Translations under genes and position numbers: made by a program | Source of the DNA: Octopus bimaculoides | Taxonomy: Eukaryota | Direction of reading: 5' to 3' | Assembly (NCBI RefSeq): GCF_001194135.2 | Contig: NC_068990.1 | Span: 32,925,249-32,989,248, forward strand | Length of the DNA: 64,000 nucleotides | Notes under the pieces: model-generated | The model's database searches: none | Told to the model about the DNA's origin: nothing | What the model saw: only the letters and a program-made list of their open reading frames with translations | Part shown: in pieces, positions 1-13,564 of the stretch | Layout of the letters: every line of letters starts with the position of its first letter | Numbering within the stretch: the first letter of the stretch is position 1

Positions 1-778
1 AATTCTAATTTGATCAAAAGACGCTCTCCGAACCAATTCTTCATCTCTCCCACACCAACTTCCAAATGTAAAGAAACGTCTGTTCATTATTTTGCTTCAT
101 CTCATTACTTCTGACTAATTAAACTCTAATTAGCTATTGGAAAGGTTTTTTTTTATTTAAATGTACTTTTCTATATTTTTTGTGCTTTTTGTTTTTCCCC
201 TCTCTTTTATGAAGCATAACAACATCAAAAATAATAAATAACCAGAGAAATAACTAAGATTTAAGGATATTTTCTTTTAAACAGAAAACTAAAAATAAAA
301 AAAACAAGTAAAACACAAATAATTAAAAATACACAAAGGAAAACATGATAATTCTAAAGATAACAGTTTTTCAATATCTTCTTGAGACCTATGCTACATA
401 CATTTCTTTGCATGATGATCAGCTAAAAATAACAATGAATGCACCCTCAAATCCTATTTGACCATCTTAAAAAATGAAGGAGGAACTGAATTAATGTAGT
501 TGCAGGTAAACAAAAAGGATCTTGACTAGATCACAGTTGATCATATGTCTACTGAATTAGACCTGACCTGGAGCTAAACAACAATAACAATAGTTATTTA
601 GGAATTCTGTTGTGGTGTGGTTTCATCATATATTTGGGCAGACAGACGGAGAGACCCAAGAAGATCTAGAAAAAAGTGGTGTAGGTAGTTATAGAAAAAT
701 GTTAGTGGATATAACAAGGTAAATGACTAAGGAGTGAAACAATTAGAGATGTATAGCATTGCAGACCTGTCCAACCCT

Positions 779-1003
779 AATATTGTTTTCAAATTTTGGC
801 ACAAGGCCAGCAATTTCGGGGGAGGGAGCTTAAGTCGATTACATCAACTCCAGTGTTCAACAGGTATTTATTTTATCGACCCTGAAATAATAAAAGAGTA
901 ATGTCGACCTTGGCAGAATTTGAACTCAGAACATGAAAACGGACAAAATACTGCTAAGCATTTTGCACAGCATCCTAATGACTCTGCCAGCTTGCCACCT
1001 TAT
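779..1003 (-). mobile_element. tRNA-derived SINE, family C (~220 bp, (ATT)n tail)
   Basis: Reverse complement of the recurring unit aaggcggcgagctggcagaatcg...gagttcaaattc...gtcgactttgcctttcatcctttcggggtcgataaa...gtaccag, seen at >15 places in the window. Confidence 0.8.
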
Positions 1004-1149
1004 CTAACCCTAAATATTAAAGTAGCAAATTAATGATGATGATGAAGATGAGGATGATGAGGATGAAGATCACCCTTTTAGTATGAAGAATACGAAGTTG
1101 GTAGAAATAGCAGAACACCGAACAGAATTGTAGGTAATATAAATTTTCA

Positions 1150-1575
1150 GTCCTCCAACCATCTTCTCCACCCACTCACTATTCCTGAGAGGTTCATTGG
1201 AGTACAGTCCTCAGGTACCTCCCCCAAGGGGTCCTGTCAGAAGCAACCATTATTAGACTTTCAGGCTGGATTCACAAGCTTGATCAACTGAGGTTTTGGA
1301 TATTATCAAATCACCTCATTCTTTGCTTATTCCTACTTGGATCTCCTTTCAGGTGGTTTGGCTTGAAGAATCTATCTTGTGATTATTTCCTGTGATATTC
1401 TAACCACATGTCCAAAGTACTGTATATGAGCTGTGACTTCTCGTTGTGGAGAAGTAGTGGCTTGACCTAGAGAAAAACCCACGATTTCTGAGCTATGCAC
1501 TCTGTTGAGTAACATTCTCTAAAGAATCCTTCGGGGGTAACCAGCTTTTGGATACATGTATTTGTGATTGTACTC
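1150..1575 (-). mobile_element. Decayed RTE-clade LINE 3' ORF fragment (Rex3/Expander-like)
   Basis: Minus-strand translation gives YFGHVVRISQEIITR*ILQAKPPERRS, matching the RTE C-terminal WFGHVVRM...GKRPRGRP region. Same family as 49690-50100. Confidence 0.6.
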
Positions 1576-1709
1576 TTTCAGTCATTACCCGACGTTTATC
1601 ACCAGTGGTGAGGACAGACACAAAAACTGAACTGAAGATAGCAAGTTTGGCTTATTTGGCAACCTCTCTTCTTCTGAGGATTGAATGCTGGAGCTGGCTT
1701 TCTGTGTCG

Positions 1710-2090
1710 TCGTCATCATCATCATAATTTGGCGTCTGTTGTTCATGCTGGTATGGGTTGGATGGTGCAACAAGGGCTGGCAAACTGGGAGAATGCACCA
1801 GACTCCAGCCTGATTTGGTATGCTTTCTAAAGATGGATGCTCTTCCTAACACCAACCACTTCGCAGTGTGTGCTTGGTGCATTTGCGCAGCACTACACTG
1901 GCACCTTTACATATGATTTTACATAGCACTGCATAGGCACTTGTAAGTGGCACCACATGGGCGCTTCTACATGGCACAACACGAGTGCTTTTCATGGCAC
2001 GGGTGTTTCTATGTGGCACTACATGATGCTTTTACATAGCACTGCACAGGCACTTTTACATGACACTGCCACAAGTGCTTTACACCACTA
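1710..2090 (-). mobile_element. RTE-type 3' tail element with internal ~23-nt degenerate minisatellite
   Basis: Contains the shared tail (reverse of ggaagggcatccagctgtagaaac...ccatgccagcatgg...gatgatgatg). 1880-2090 is a tandem of gtgcttttacatggcac-like units. Confidence 0.65.
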
Positions 2091-2402
2091 GATAGATCAG
2101 TCTTAACACTTCTGCTATGTGAGTGTAAATCATCCTCATTGTCATTTGATCTCTATTTTTTCCTGCTTGCATGGTTCAGATGGAATTTGCTGAGGCAGAT
2201 TTTCTTTGATAGGATGGCCTTCTTGTCATCAATACTCACCTGTTTCTAAATGAGGTAATATTTCCTTATGGCCAGACATGATTTTTATGGAAGACTGAAA
2301 ACATACAACATTGTTTGTTTGATGATGATGCTCATTTATAACTATCATGAGAAGTCTCGACAAGGGTACACACAAATACATACATATATATATATATATA
2401 TA

Positions 2403-2907
2403 NNNNNNNNNNNNNNNNNNNNNNNNNNNNNNNNNNNNNNNNNNNNNNNNNNNNNNNNNNNNNNNNNNNNNNNNNNNNNNNNNNNNNNNNNNNNNNNNNN
2501 NNNNNNNNNNNNNNNNNNNNNNNNNNNNNNNNNNNNNNNNNNNNNNNNNNNNNNNNNNNNNNNNNNNNNNNNNNNNNNNNNNNNNNNNNNNNNNNNNNNN
2601 NNNNNNNNNNNNNNNNNNNNNNNNNNNNNNNNNNNNNNNNNNNNNNNNNNNNNNNNNNNNNNNNNNNNNNNNNNNNNNNNNNNNNNNNNNNNNNNNNNNN
2701 NNNNNNNNNNNNNNNNNNNNNNNNNNNNNNNNNNNNNNNNNNNNNNNNNNNNNNNNNNNNNNNNNNNNNNNNNNNNNNNNNNNNNNNNNNNNNNNNNNNN
2801 NNNNNNNNNNNNNNNNNNNNNNNNNNNNNNNNNNNNNNNNNNNNNNNNNNNNNNNNNNNNNNNNNNNNNNNNNNNNNNNNNNNNNNNNNNNNNNNNNNNN
2901 NNNNNNN
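2403..2907. other. Assembly gap (N run) flanked by (TA)n
   Basis: N run in the sequence. Other gaps: 13825-14655, 15033-15042, 17406-17788, 24307-24452, 28108-28117, 40542-40971, 45652-45748, 46966-46975, 53277-53465, 55092-55338, 55997-56430. Confidence 0.99.
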
Positions 2908-2956
<49 letters not shown>

Positions 2957-3819
2957 GTATATGTACAAATGTTGATGATGATCATATACACACACACACA
3001 CTGGTTTAATGAAAAAAACCAATGGCAGCCTCCATAAAACATTTTCAGGGCCTCTGAGATTGATTGGAGGAAAGGAGGACCTGAGACCTGGCCCCAATTC
3101 ATCCAATGGGGTTGACCCCATTAAAAGTACCCAAACACCAGGTGGTATTTAATTAGAATACATGTTAAATATAATAATAATGCACTACAGTTGATTTTTT
3201 GTGATTTATACACAAATCTTTTCAGATTTGGTTTAGTCTCTTGAAAAAAAAAAAAAAAAAAAAAAAAAAAAGAAAGAGAAATAAAGATTATTTAGAAAAT
3301 ATTCTAATAATTAATTCTCAAACCTGGCAGAATATTTAGCAAATATTCTATGAGGGAATAAAAAAAAATGAAAATGCAATTATAATTCACAGCTGAAAAT
3401 AGAAATCTATAAAATATTTATTTTATTTGAATATGAATGTAACTGTATTTCTAATTGTACAAGTCTGGTTTTCTCTCAGGTCAAAGGTTATGTCAATATT
3501 TTGTCACAATTAAGCACCCTCATCAATATCGCAAACTGCATAGATTCAGTTCACTCAGCTATCATTTTAGAAACTTGATTTAAAAAAAAAAATATGGGAG
3601 ACAGCCTATCTCTTTCTCTTTATCCAACTTCAGTTTTTTTATATTTGTATAAATTGCTGAAATAGATATTTTTGAATAACAAAAAGTAGAATAGAGAGGG
3701 TATGTTAAAATCATTGGCTATAAATATGTGGTCACAAGTTCAAGTCTTAATAGAGATATTGATTTTGTAGCTTTGAGCAAAATACATGAATAATGAATTA
3801 TACTTCACTAGGGATCATC

Positions 3820-4095
3820 ATTATCATCATCATTTAACGTCTGCTTTCCATGCTGGCATGGGTTGGATGGTTCGACTGAAGATTGGCAAGTCAAGTGACT
3901 GCACCAGGCTCCAGTCTGTTCTGGCAAGGTTTCTACAGATGGATGCCCTTCCTAATGCCAACCACTCTGAAAGTGTAGTGGGTGCTTTTTATGTACCACT
4001 GGCATGGGGGCCAGTCAGGTGGCACTGGCAACAACCATGCTCAAATGGTGCTTTTTATGTGCCACCAGCATGGGAGCCAGTGAAGCAATGGCGAT
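3820..4095 (-). mobile_element. RTE-type 3' tail element
   Basis: catcatcatttaacgtctgctttccatgctggcatgggttgg...ggatgcccttcctaatgccaaccactctga; near-identical to copies at 13565, 34690, 60070 and 60620. Confidence 0.8.
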
Positions 4096-4639
4096 TTTAT
4101 TGAATAGATTTATTCTTTAGTATTTCAAAATATTTTTATGTAACTTTGGTAAATATATCTGTTAAAATGAGATGCCAGTATTATTTTCATTTTTGCATGA
4201 TTTAGGCAACAGTTTATTCACTGCAACCTGTATATATATGTAAAAGTAAAATCCAAGGAAACCAGTGAGGATATTTATGGTTGACCAGGCCTGGAATAAC
4301 TGGTACAGAGATGAGGGTTCCAGTTGATCTGATCAACAGAATTACCTGCATGTCTTAGACTATCATTACCCAACATGTTCTTTGTATGATATAAGGTAAG
4401 GGAGATTTGGTTTCTAATTTTAGCAAATCAAGCAGCCAGATAGAAGCTTCCTTGATGGTTCAATGATGAACATGATGATAATGATAGTTTCATTAATCTC
4501 AAAGAAAGTTCTGTAAATGAACAGGGATTGTGGATAGAATTGACTTTAGTGTGTTACAGGTACCAGGGTGGAATGAAAAGTGAAGTTTATTTTATTGGGA
4601 TTCGAACCAAATAAAATGAATTAGTGAACCATCAAGAAC

Positions 4640-4925
4640 TGGCACTCTGTCAGTTATGATAACAGCCTTATCATGAAATTAACATGAAAGTGGCTGTGTA
4701 CTCCACAGACACACATACTCTATGCTTAGTTCTAAGAGAGATTCAGTGTGACATAGAATGTGACAAGGATGGCCCCTTGAAACACAGGTACTACTCATTT
4801 TTGCCTGCTGAGTGGACAGGAGCAACGTGAAATAAAGGATACAATGTGCTACCACAAATTGAACTCAAGACCCTACAACCCTACGACTGTGAGCTGAATG
4901 CCCTGACCTCTAAACCACATGCTTT
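4640..4925 (-). mobile_element. Decayed SINE related to family A
   Basis: tcatgaaattaacatgaaagtggctg...tccacagacac...gtgtgacaagg aligns by eye to the family A copies at 7428, 18615 and 19831. Confidence 0.6.
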
Positions 4926-5303
4926 CATCATCAAGATGCACCATTAAACCAACAGTCTAGTATTCTGCTGTGTCAACCAATTCTGACACTAATAAATAAT
5001 GATGATGATGATGATGATGATGAGCAGGATGATGAGGAGGGAGAAAGAGCGAGATGCAATGAAGTGAGTAGAACATGAAAGACCTACCTGAACACTACAT
5101 AGCAAACAGACAAACCTCTCTAATTCATGGAATTATTTCGAAAGTGTCAACAACATAAAACTACCGATAACAACAAATTTCAAATTAAGTAGCTTCTGGA
5201 TCATCACTTAGCAACACCATTGACAGATATATATATATTATGTACATGCATGTATGAGTGTTCTATGGATATGTATGTGGATTTATCTAAGTGTGTGTAT
5301 GTG

Positions 5304-5305
<2 letters not shown>

Positions 5306-5348
<43 letters not shown>
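5306..5348. repeat. (GA)n microsatellite
   Basis: Uninterrupted GA dinucleotide run. Confidence 0.97.
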
Positions 5349-5351
<3 letters not shown>

Positions 5352-5614
5352 AAAGTGAAGCCTTATGATCTCAATGTCAATGAATAAGAGTTTGTAGGCC
5401 TTCTGTGTTAATGCTGTGTCATTAGCAAATGTTTGGTATTTACACTTGGAACAATGACTGGCCAGACTCATCATTGGTGGTAGTAGTAGAGGTGAGAGTA
5501 ATAGCAGTGATGGTGGCGGTAGCTGCGAGTTAGATCACACAGCCAGCTCCTTCCTTGTCTTCATATATACACAAAATAAATCACACAAAAAATGCAGTAA
5601 AGCGTTTTATACAT

Positions 5615-5648
<34 letters not shown>

Positions 5649-5776
5649 CAGAAAATCTGAACCTGATCAAATATATTTTGTCAAGCTCATAGTTATTTAT
5701 TAATTATCATGACTTAAATATCTTGCATTGAGTACTTTATTATTCTAAGTGGCCTGACTATGTTATTTTGAAACAG

Positions 5777-5920
5777 TCACCTCCGTGAATATGTGTATAC
5801 ATTAGGTTTGACCCACTCGACTGGAGTTCATTTTCAAGTCAGGGTCAGCTTTACTGACACTCCTCACATGTTCTATTCTAAACACTACTTGCTTTATGAT
5901 AATAATAATTATCTACTTGG
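5777..5920 (+). CDS. Candidate internal coding exon (144 nt, phase 2-2), product unidentified
   Basis: Branch-like CTGAC, acceptor ttattttgaaacag| and donor TTGG|gtaaga. Only one frame is open: HLREYVYTLGLTHSTGVHFQVRVSFTDTPHMFYSKHYLLYDNNNYLLG. No homolog recognised. Confidence 0.45.
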
Positions 5921-6221
5921 GTAAGACCTCCGGCTTCCTGAGTATATGTGTGTACCTGTATCTATGCATGTGTTTATCTATATCTATGTATGTGTAAGTC
6001 TGTATATTTTGAGAATACATTCCATCAATATCAATGCATTTCTTATGTTAACTTACAATTTAATTCTTTTGTTACCATATTCCTCTTGGCATAAACCACT
6101 CTTGCTTCAATTAGTTTCAAATATAATGAAGAACTTAGTAAAATAATTTTGTCATAATTAAGGTGGTGTTTAGACCATAAATTAGCACGAAATTTTGAGT
6201 AAAGTTTTAATTTGGATCACT

Positions 6222-6438
6222 TTAAACCTTTAGCATTTAAACCAGCCATATCTGGCCCAAATATTATGTTCAAACCAGTCAGATATGGCCTCTCATAGCT
6301 ACCCTATAATGACATTATAAAAATAAACAGTCATATCATCAGAATCCTAAAGATATTAGGCAATGCAGGATTAATTCAAAACCATGGGAATAAATAAGCA
6401 ATATGTTTAACAGAATAATCTGAATTTTCAAGGGTTAA
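6222..6438. mobile_element. piggyBac-like MITE relic
   Basis: Starts ttaa-acctttagcattt and ends tctgaattttcaaggg-ttaa, i.e. TTAA TSD with degenerate CCCT...AGGG termini. Confidence 0.5.
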
Positions 6439-6794
6439 AATAGGCTTGTTTTCCTCAGAATCACAGGTGGTCTCAGGTGTATTGCTATCAAAAGGGTTAA
6501 TATACTGAAGTGACAGTTTATAATTGGTGTTGTTGTCATTTGACCCAGTGTCAGGCCTGATCCACCAGATAGACCTATTATCAAAGACATTTCAGCTATA
6601 AACATCTCATCTTTTCTTTGAGCATAGTGTAGTATCTAATGTGATGGGGATTTAGCTTCTATCTCTGGCAAATTGAGAAGTTACACAGAGGTTCTTTCAT
6701 TGGCATCTCATAATAACCATAATTATAGTCAGTATCTTCTGTTATTAGTGTTAGTCTTTTTTATTTTATTATTTTTTTTTTGATAATAATCTAA

Positions 6795-7010
6795 ATTAGG
6801 GTTGTGGATTGGCAGAATCAGTAAAGCATCAAACAAACTATTTTTGAGGTATTACTGATCTTTATGTTCTGACTTTAAATCTTGACTGGATTGTTTTGCC
6901 TTTTTTTTCCTTCTGAAGTTGATAAAATACCAGCTAAATAATTGGATCAAAATATAACTCACTAAGACTGCCCTTCCTTCTGCCAAATTTGTGGCCATAT
7001 ATCTATACTA
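6795..7010 (+). mobile_element. Decayed family C SINE
   Basis: ttggcagaatcagtaaagc...gttttgccttttttttccttctgaagttgataaaataccag; degenerate match to family C. Confidence 0.55.
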
Positions 7011-7427
7011 GTCTAAATTAAATTAAAGTAGCAGAATTTCAGATCCAAGAGAATCTGCGACTAAATACTCTTTATTATTTACTTGAACTTGTTTTACTCT
7101 GTAGAATATCAATAGGATCAGGACATGTTATGTATCAGGTTTATAGTCCCAGAATATTAGGGCAGATAAATAATATGTATCGCACTAACATCTTTGTTGC
7201 TTTCAATTTTTCAAAATTTATTGTCCATTTTATGAGAGCAGCTTTTATCACTTATTCCTGTGTTTTCTTTGGTTTTGCTCTTCCACAATTTTCTTTCTCT
7301 TCGATATCCTGGAATTTCTTTTTCTTTCTGTTACTCTCCACATACATGATATGCTCATGCTAATGTAGTCTTTAGTTTTGTACACTACACTGGATTAATC
7401 TTACACCTTAGATTTCACAGCTCTACT

Positions 7428-7821
7428 GTTGTTGTATTTGTTGGCACTCCGTCACTTACGACGTCGAGGGTTCCAGTTGATCCAATCAATGGAACAGCCT
7501 GCTCGTGAAATTAACTTGCAACTGGCTGAGCACTTCACAGACACGTGTACCCATAACGTAGTTCTCGGGGATATTCAGCGTGACACAGTGTGACAAGGCT
7601 GACCCTTTGAATTACAGGCAAAACAGAAATAGGAAGTAAGAGTGAGAGAAAGTTGTGGTGAAAGAGTACAGTAGGGTTCGCCACCATACCCTGCCAGAGC
7701 CTCGTGGAGCTTTTAGGTGTTTTCGCTCAATAAACACTCACAATGCCCGGTCTGGGAATCGAAACCGCGATCCTATGACCGCGAGTCCGCTGTCCTAACC
7801 ACTGGGCCATTGCGCTTCCAC
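7428..7821 (-). mobile_element. Full-length tRNA-derived SINE, family A, with 13-bp TSD
   Basis: Minus-strand head GTGGAAGCGCAATGGCCCAGTGGTTAGG (A box) ...GGTTTCGATTCC (B box), (AAC)n tail. TSD tcacagctctact at 7415-7427 and 7822-7834. Confidence 0.93.
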
Positions 7822-8199
7822 TCACAGCTCTACTATACCATGCCATTCATGCCTACTAACATTGCACATCCAGTGAAACATCCTTACATCTTTCAATACC
7901 AATGTTACACTACACTGTATCTAAAAATAGACATAATAGTCATGGTTGGAATACCTTAGATCATAAATCTTGCCCAATGAAAACTGATCTGGGAAAAACA
8001 CAATAACAACCAATAAAATATTCTTCATTTACACATATTTTATGTGTTTCCTTTATCTTTAAATATTTTTAATTGACTTAATATTTGTTAAATTATATTG
8101 TAACTGTGTATATTTATCTAAAGTGGGTGACTTCTTTATCATTGGTGCATTGTGATATCATTGTATGATTTAATTAGGTAGAAGAGGGAAAGGCAATAC

Positions 8200-8560
8200 C
8201 CTCGACTTTGAGCCATGCTCTCCTCTGCCACACAGACAAGATCAGTATGGTTGACGCTAGCTTGAAAGTGAGATGATAACACTTAACACATGAATGAGGT
8301 GAGGATTCTACAGATGGATAAAAAAAGGATCAGGAATAAGGATTGGCGTATGAGACACAGTATCGGTAATGAAAGAAGGTTTAGTTTGGTGGGAGGTGTT
8401 TTACAATCAGTGCAGAGGATCAGAAGACGTTGTAGCAGTTTTGGAATACATTGAGATAGGACGATGTATATGTAGGCTAGAGATGGTGATGTTTTTGTAG
8501 TGGAAAGTCGGGGTTGTCATATGATTTATAGCAGGATTGACTGAAGATTGTATGTTAGTT
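8200..8560 (-). mobile_element. Possible decayed Penelope-like element (linker/GIY-YIG region)
   Basis: Minus-strand fragments ...LHIHRPI... and ...ITDTVSHT... weakly resemble the Penelope LPIHRTI / RITDSFTC segments. Heavily degenerate. Confidence 0.3.
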
Positions 8561-9438
8561 AAAATGTTCTGTGATGTTGTGTTATTGTTATACTCTTCTT
8601 AAGTGCTGTATTCAAATCTTGTGGGATCAGCTTTGTTATCATCCAACCACAGTAGACAGAAAACATCATTTGTATACTGAGAATTGATTCCATCGGTGAC
8701 AACCTCCACTGACTTCTCTTTCTTCTGACTTTGTGTCAATGTAAAACGTTACTGTTGTATTGTAATGGAGAATGAGGTGTCAGCATCTCTCATAACTCTA
8801 TATGTTGTGTATTTGTAAATGCACAACACATAGTTTGTGTATACACAACATATTTATTTGTATACACAACCTACATTTTGTGTATATGCAACACATGTTT
8901 GCCTGTACATGACATGTGCTTGTATACACACTAGATATTTCTTCATTCAGTCATAATTCTTTAGTTTAATAGACTCAGCTGTTGACATGACTAAGATAAA
9001 TATTTATGTATGACTTGTTGGAATATATATTTTTACAGAGAAGAGTCAATGGAAGAAGTACAACCACAGATTTTTTTCCTCCTTGAGTAGTTTGAAGTAC
9101 CCACAATGTCTGCATGTTTAAGGAAATGGTTTACAATACAGTGTCTGTTTTGTATGAGCAAAACAGCAAAACAAAAATGATTCTGACAAACATCTTTTCC
9201 TACATTAGCATGGTAATGTGGATGTGAAACATAGAAAATAAATATAAAAATTAGATAAAAACAGCAAGAGAACAACAACTAGGGTAGGAATTGATCGCCA
9301 AACCCAACAAAATAAGGATTAAATACAGTCATGCTTCTAGCTACCAATAACATTTATTTCTTTTGATAAAACATACGGTAAGTTATTATTAGTTAGAACA
9401 AATCATAGTTAACAATAAAAGAAACCACTGTCGTCATT

Positions 9439-9470
<32 letters not shown>

Positions 9471-10165
9471 CATTATTATTAATATAGTTGTTGTTGTTAT
9501 TTGTGCAAAAGAGGAAGACATATATTGACTTAAAATAACCCCAATACATTACTAGTAATTATTTGACTGCCCCTACCCACGACAGATAAAACACAGAACA
9601 CCATCAGAGTTTTCAGTAATGTAAACAAACTTGAGATTGAGAGAGAGAGAGAGAGAGAGAGAGATGCGTTATGCTAAAGTATTTTTATCTTATTTTTTAA
9701 AAAGAATTTGTATAAATTATATAGAACCATAGATATAAAATGGAGGATGAAAAAAGAAATATCTATATATATAAAACAATATTAATAATAGTAGTAAAGA
9801 AAAAAGACAAATTGGTTCCATTGAGAAGATCGGTTTTTCATTTCTACAATAAATAATGATAAGTATAGATGAGGTTGACCATCATAATAAATAGCCAAAT
9901 ATTATAGGTAGAAGATGGAGGGGGAAGACGAAAGGAAAAAATAAGAGAAGAGAAAGAAGACACGATGCTGATGTCATGGTGATGGTGGTTGTCTCAAATA
10001 TACATCTCATGATGGTGATGTTGAGGGTCATAAGTTTCAGAATTGATGAAAAATGTTTTTAAAACAGAGAATTGCTTGAGTTTAAACAGTGTACAGGCAA
10101 AACTATCAATACATCAGCTCTCATACCTTACATTGACGCATTCATATACGTGCACACAGACACAC

Positions 10166-10170
10166 ACGTA

Positions 10171-10225
<55 letters not shown>

Positions 10226-10322
10226 ATGTGTGTGTGTGTGTGTATGTGTGTGTATGTATATATGTATACACTCATATATTTGTACACACATATATATAAA
10301 CATACATATACATACATATATA

Positions 10323-10376
<54 letters not shown>

Positions 10377-10484
10377 CATATATACACATATATATATATA
10401 TGCACATATATGCATATATATATATGTATGTGTACACACCTGTTATTACTATTTGTAATTATCAATAATAATAATAATAGTAAT

Positions 10485-10520
<36 letters not shown>
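10166..10520. repeat. Compound microsatellite (TG/TA/CA/AAT)
   Basis: Direct inspection; source of five spurious ORFs in the track. Confidence 0.95.
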
Positions 10521-10521
<1 letters not shown>

Positions 10522-11578
10522 CAAAAATCATAATAATTTCTAACTGTGACTTGAATCTCTTGTCAGTTTCAGTGGTGGCTGGGTAGACTGTGGGATGCGC
10601 GGGTCAGCAAACAATCATTTTTAGTTGGAAACAAAAAGTTAAACATGAGATGTATACTTGAGATTGGAATTTACAGCCGCCTTCCGCACACATCCATCAG
10701 ATACACACAGACAGATGACCGAAAACACTGTCAGACATACATATTATATATATATATATATGTATATGGACAGTACAAAGTTTCAGCTCATAGATTTTGC
10801 GACCAATTCTTCAATGGCAGTGAAGCGTTACGTTTAAACATTACTTCAACTCTATACTGGAATATATATTTTGAAAGGAAATGAAGTAAGATATAACAAC
10901 AGCATCATCAGTGAAAAATGTACAATAGGAAAGAAATATAGACGAAAAATACATTAAAAAAAATGGTAATTTAAGCACATACACACAAACACAAGCACAC
11001 ACACACACACAGACACGCAAGCAGAGCTGTCGTCCATTTTTAACATAGTCACTTGTGTTTCTGGTTCTGTTTGTTAATGTTGATCTAAATGTGAGGATTT
11101 GTGGTTTTGTTATGTTCTTTGACAGGAGTTTGAAGAATGTAAATTTTATCTGTGTTCATGTAGGCTTTTAGTTTTGGCAGCAAAGATCTAAATATGGTCA
11201 GATTCTTCTGTGTTTAGAAGATTCTAGATGTGGTTTCTATGATTTCTAAATCTTATCTTTTGTTTTTCACGTTTTTGATGAAGTCAGTTCTGGATGTTCC
11301 TAGCCTGACAATTGACAAGACATACCATTGTGTGTCTATGTTCTGAACCTAAATTTCATTGCAGATATGTAGAATAATGTACAAAGAACAGGAAATTGCA
11401 AAGATTGATGGACAGAATATTTCAAGTTAAATAAATAAATAAATAAGTTAATTCTAACTATACACACTGGAGAATGTGTTTCTTTTGTTTCTCTGTACAA
11501 TATTTTGTGTATCTGTTCATTAGTGTATATACAGATATACACTGATATGTATATATGTATAAAAATGGCTGTATGTAT

Positions 11579-11611
<33 letters not shown>

Positions 11612-12419
11612 TATCTGTGTGTGCATGTTTGGTTATAAATCCATCCATCCATTCATACATACATATATACATGCATACATACATACATGCATACACACAT
11701 ACATGCATACATACATATATGTATTTGGGGCAGCACCAAGAAGGGTTTTAGTTGAACAAATCAATCATTAAGTTATGGGAATGTAAAGAAACCAACCAGG
11801 ATCATAATATGCATGCATACATTTATACATACATACATAGATATACATACATAAACCTGTACACAGATGGAGAAGGCATAGTGCATAATATAGCAAAAAT
11901 GGCAAGCATCAAAGTAAACTCTAATATACAGTTAGTCTAACGGCTGTCTTATTATTCCCTTCTGGGGTCTAATTTCATAAATTTGGCCAAATGTAGAGTT
12001 CCATCATAGCTACAGTCAAATAACTGGAAATAGTTAAAAAGTAAATGTAGTCCAGATCATTTTAGTCCACCATAGTTGTTTGCAATTCATAGCTGTCTGG
12101 CATTTCAGTCTTTTGCCAATGCAGGCTGTAGTGAGAAATACAGTAGAATTTACATCGATATTTCTTTAAGAGGAGTGAAAATTTTTCACTGATTTTCACT
12201 GAATTTCTCTTCAAAATATAGACTTTATGAGGTGCACGTAAAACAGTGCAATATATGAACTAGAATTAAGGCTAAAGTTGTTGAAAAAATACATTTATAT
12301 GTGTTTATATATGATACATTTCAACGAGCAAACAGCAGAAGGGATAAAATTCACCAGAGATTTGGCAGCTCTGTGAAGAATAAGCAGCAAGCTATTTGTT
12401 AGCTTATATAGTTATATTT

Positions 12420-12760
12420 GTTTTATTGGTTGTGTGTCTGTGATGGTAGCATGATGGTTGTGTTAGCAGTGTGGTGGTTGCATCATTGGTTGTGTGGTTG
12501 TGTTGGAGGGGCTGTGATTATGCTGACAGTAGTGCGGATATGTTGGTGAGGTGGTGGTTGTCTTACTGATGTACTGTTGTGGGATGGTATTCATGGTGTG
12601 ATTATAGTACAGTGGTTGTATTAGTGGTGTGTGGTTGGTATGGTGGTGGTATGATGGTGGTGTTAGTGGTGATGATATCATTGTGCTGCCGTGGTGGTTC
12701 TATTTCTAATATATTTGTATTCTTGGTAAGGTGCTGGTGTTATTAGTTATATATATATTT
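12420..12760. repeat. GT-rich low-complexity tract (GGT/TGT/GAT degenerate)
   Basis: Degenerate trinucleotide repeats. Confidence 0.8.
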
Positions 12761-12768
12761 GTAAAAGT

Positions 12769-13107
12769 ACATGGCTCAGTGATTAGGTTTTCAGGCTCAC
12801 AATCATCAGGTAGTGAGTTCGATTCTTGGATCAAGTTGTGTGCTGTGTTCTTGAGCAAGACACTTTATTTCACATTGCTTCAGTTCACTCAGCTATAGAA
12901 ATGAGTTGTGATATCATTAGTGCCAAGCTGTATCAGACTTTGCCTTTCCCTTGGATAACATCAATGTCACGGATAGGGGAGGTTGATATGCATGGATGAC
13001 TGCTGGTCTTCCATAAATACCCTTATCCAGACTTGTGCCATGAAGAATAACTTTCTAGGTACAATCCCATGGTCATTCATGTCCGAAGGGGGCCTTTACC
13101 TTTACTT
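12769..13107 (+). mobile_element. tRNA-derived SINE, family D
   Basis: A box tggctcagtgatt, B box gagttcgattc, then tgtgttcttgagcaagacactttatttcac (CORE-like box) and a ctttac repeat tail. Confidence 0.75.
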
Positions 13108-13564
13108 AGATGTGTTTTGGTCATTTATCTCTTTTGTTCAATGATGAGGATTCACTAGTTTCATCAACTGAATAACTTGCTCCTGAATTAATACATAAGT
13201 GGCAGAGTATTCCACAGTCATGTGTACTCTTAATAAAATTCACTGACAGAATCAGTGTGACACAGTGGGTACCTTTTAAGATACAGGCATAATCCATTTG
13301 ATGGTCTTCTATACAGTTTCCATCTACTCAGCTTCATCCCAATGTATGAGTGAATCCAAGATCATAGACAAAACTCAGGGCCTTGTGGTTGCCAAAGAAA
13401 CTTCTTAACAATTTTGGGGTTATTCAAATAGCTTCACAAATACAGCGTTCAGATAATATAAATATATTCCCATATTAATTTTCTTTTACTTATTGCTTGA
13501 GAGAAAGTGGGAAATATAAGATAATATAATTATGTGTGTGGGTGTGTGTACATGAAGATATACA

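Noticed and set aside
1880-2090. Regularly spaced ~23-nt repeats superficially like a CRISPR array
   Set aside because: Contiguous degenerate tandem units without unique spacers, in a eukaryotic retroposon context with no cas genes.
2268-3121. Long ORFs (200-418 aa) here and at 13676-14932, 17124-18013, 40299-41102, 54995-55524 and 55957-56550
   Set aside because: They are open only because they run through N gaps and (TA)n repeats.
3478-3490. AGGTCA-A-AGGTTA nuclear-receptor DR1-like motif
   Set aside because: A single 13-mer with no supporting context; cannot be distinguished from chance.
7740-7821. tRNA-like sequences with A and B boxes (also about 12769, 14663, 18920 and 20140)
   Set aside because: These are SINE heads continuing into SINE bodies, not stand-alone cloverleaf tRNA genes.
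9033-9278. 81-aa minus-strand ORF and nearby splice-like motifs
   Set aside because: No consistent acceptor/donor pair with an open frame on either strand.
10043-10586. [12 protein letters not shown]-rich ORFs here and throughout the track
   Set aside because: Translations of dinucleotide and trinucleotide microsatellites.
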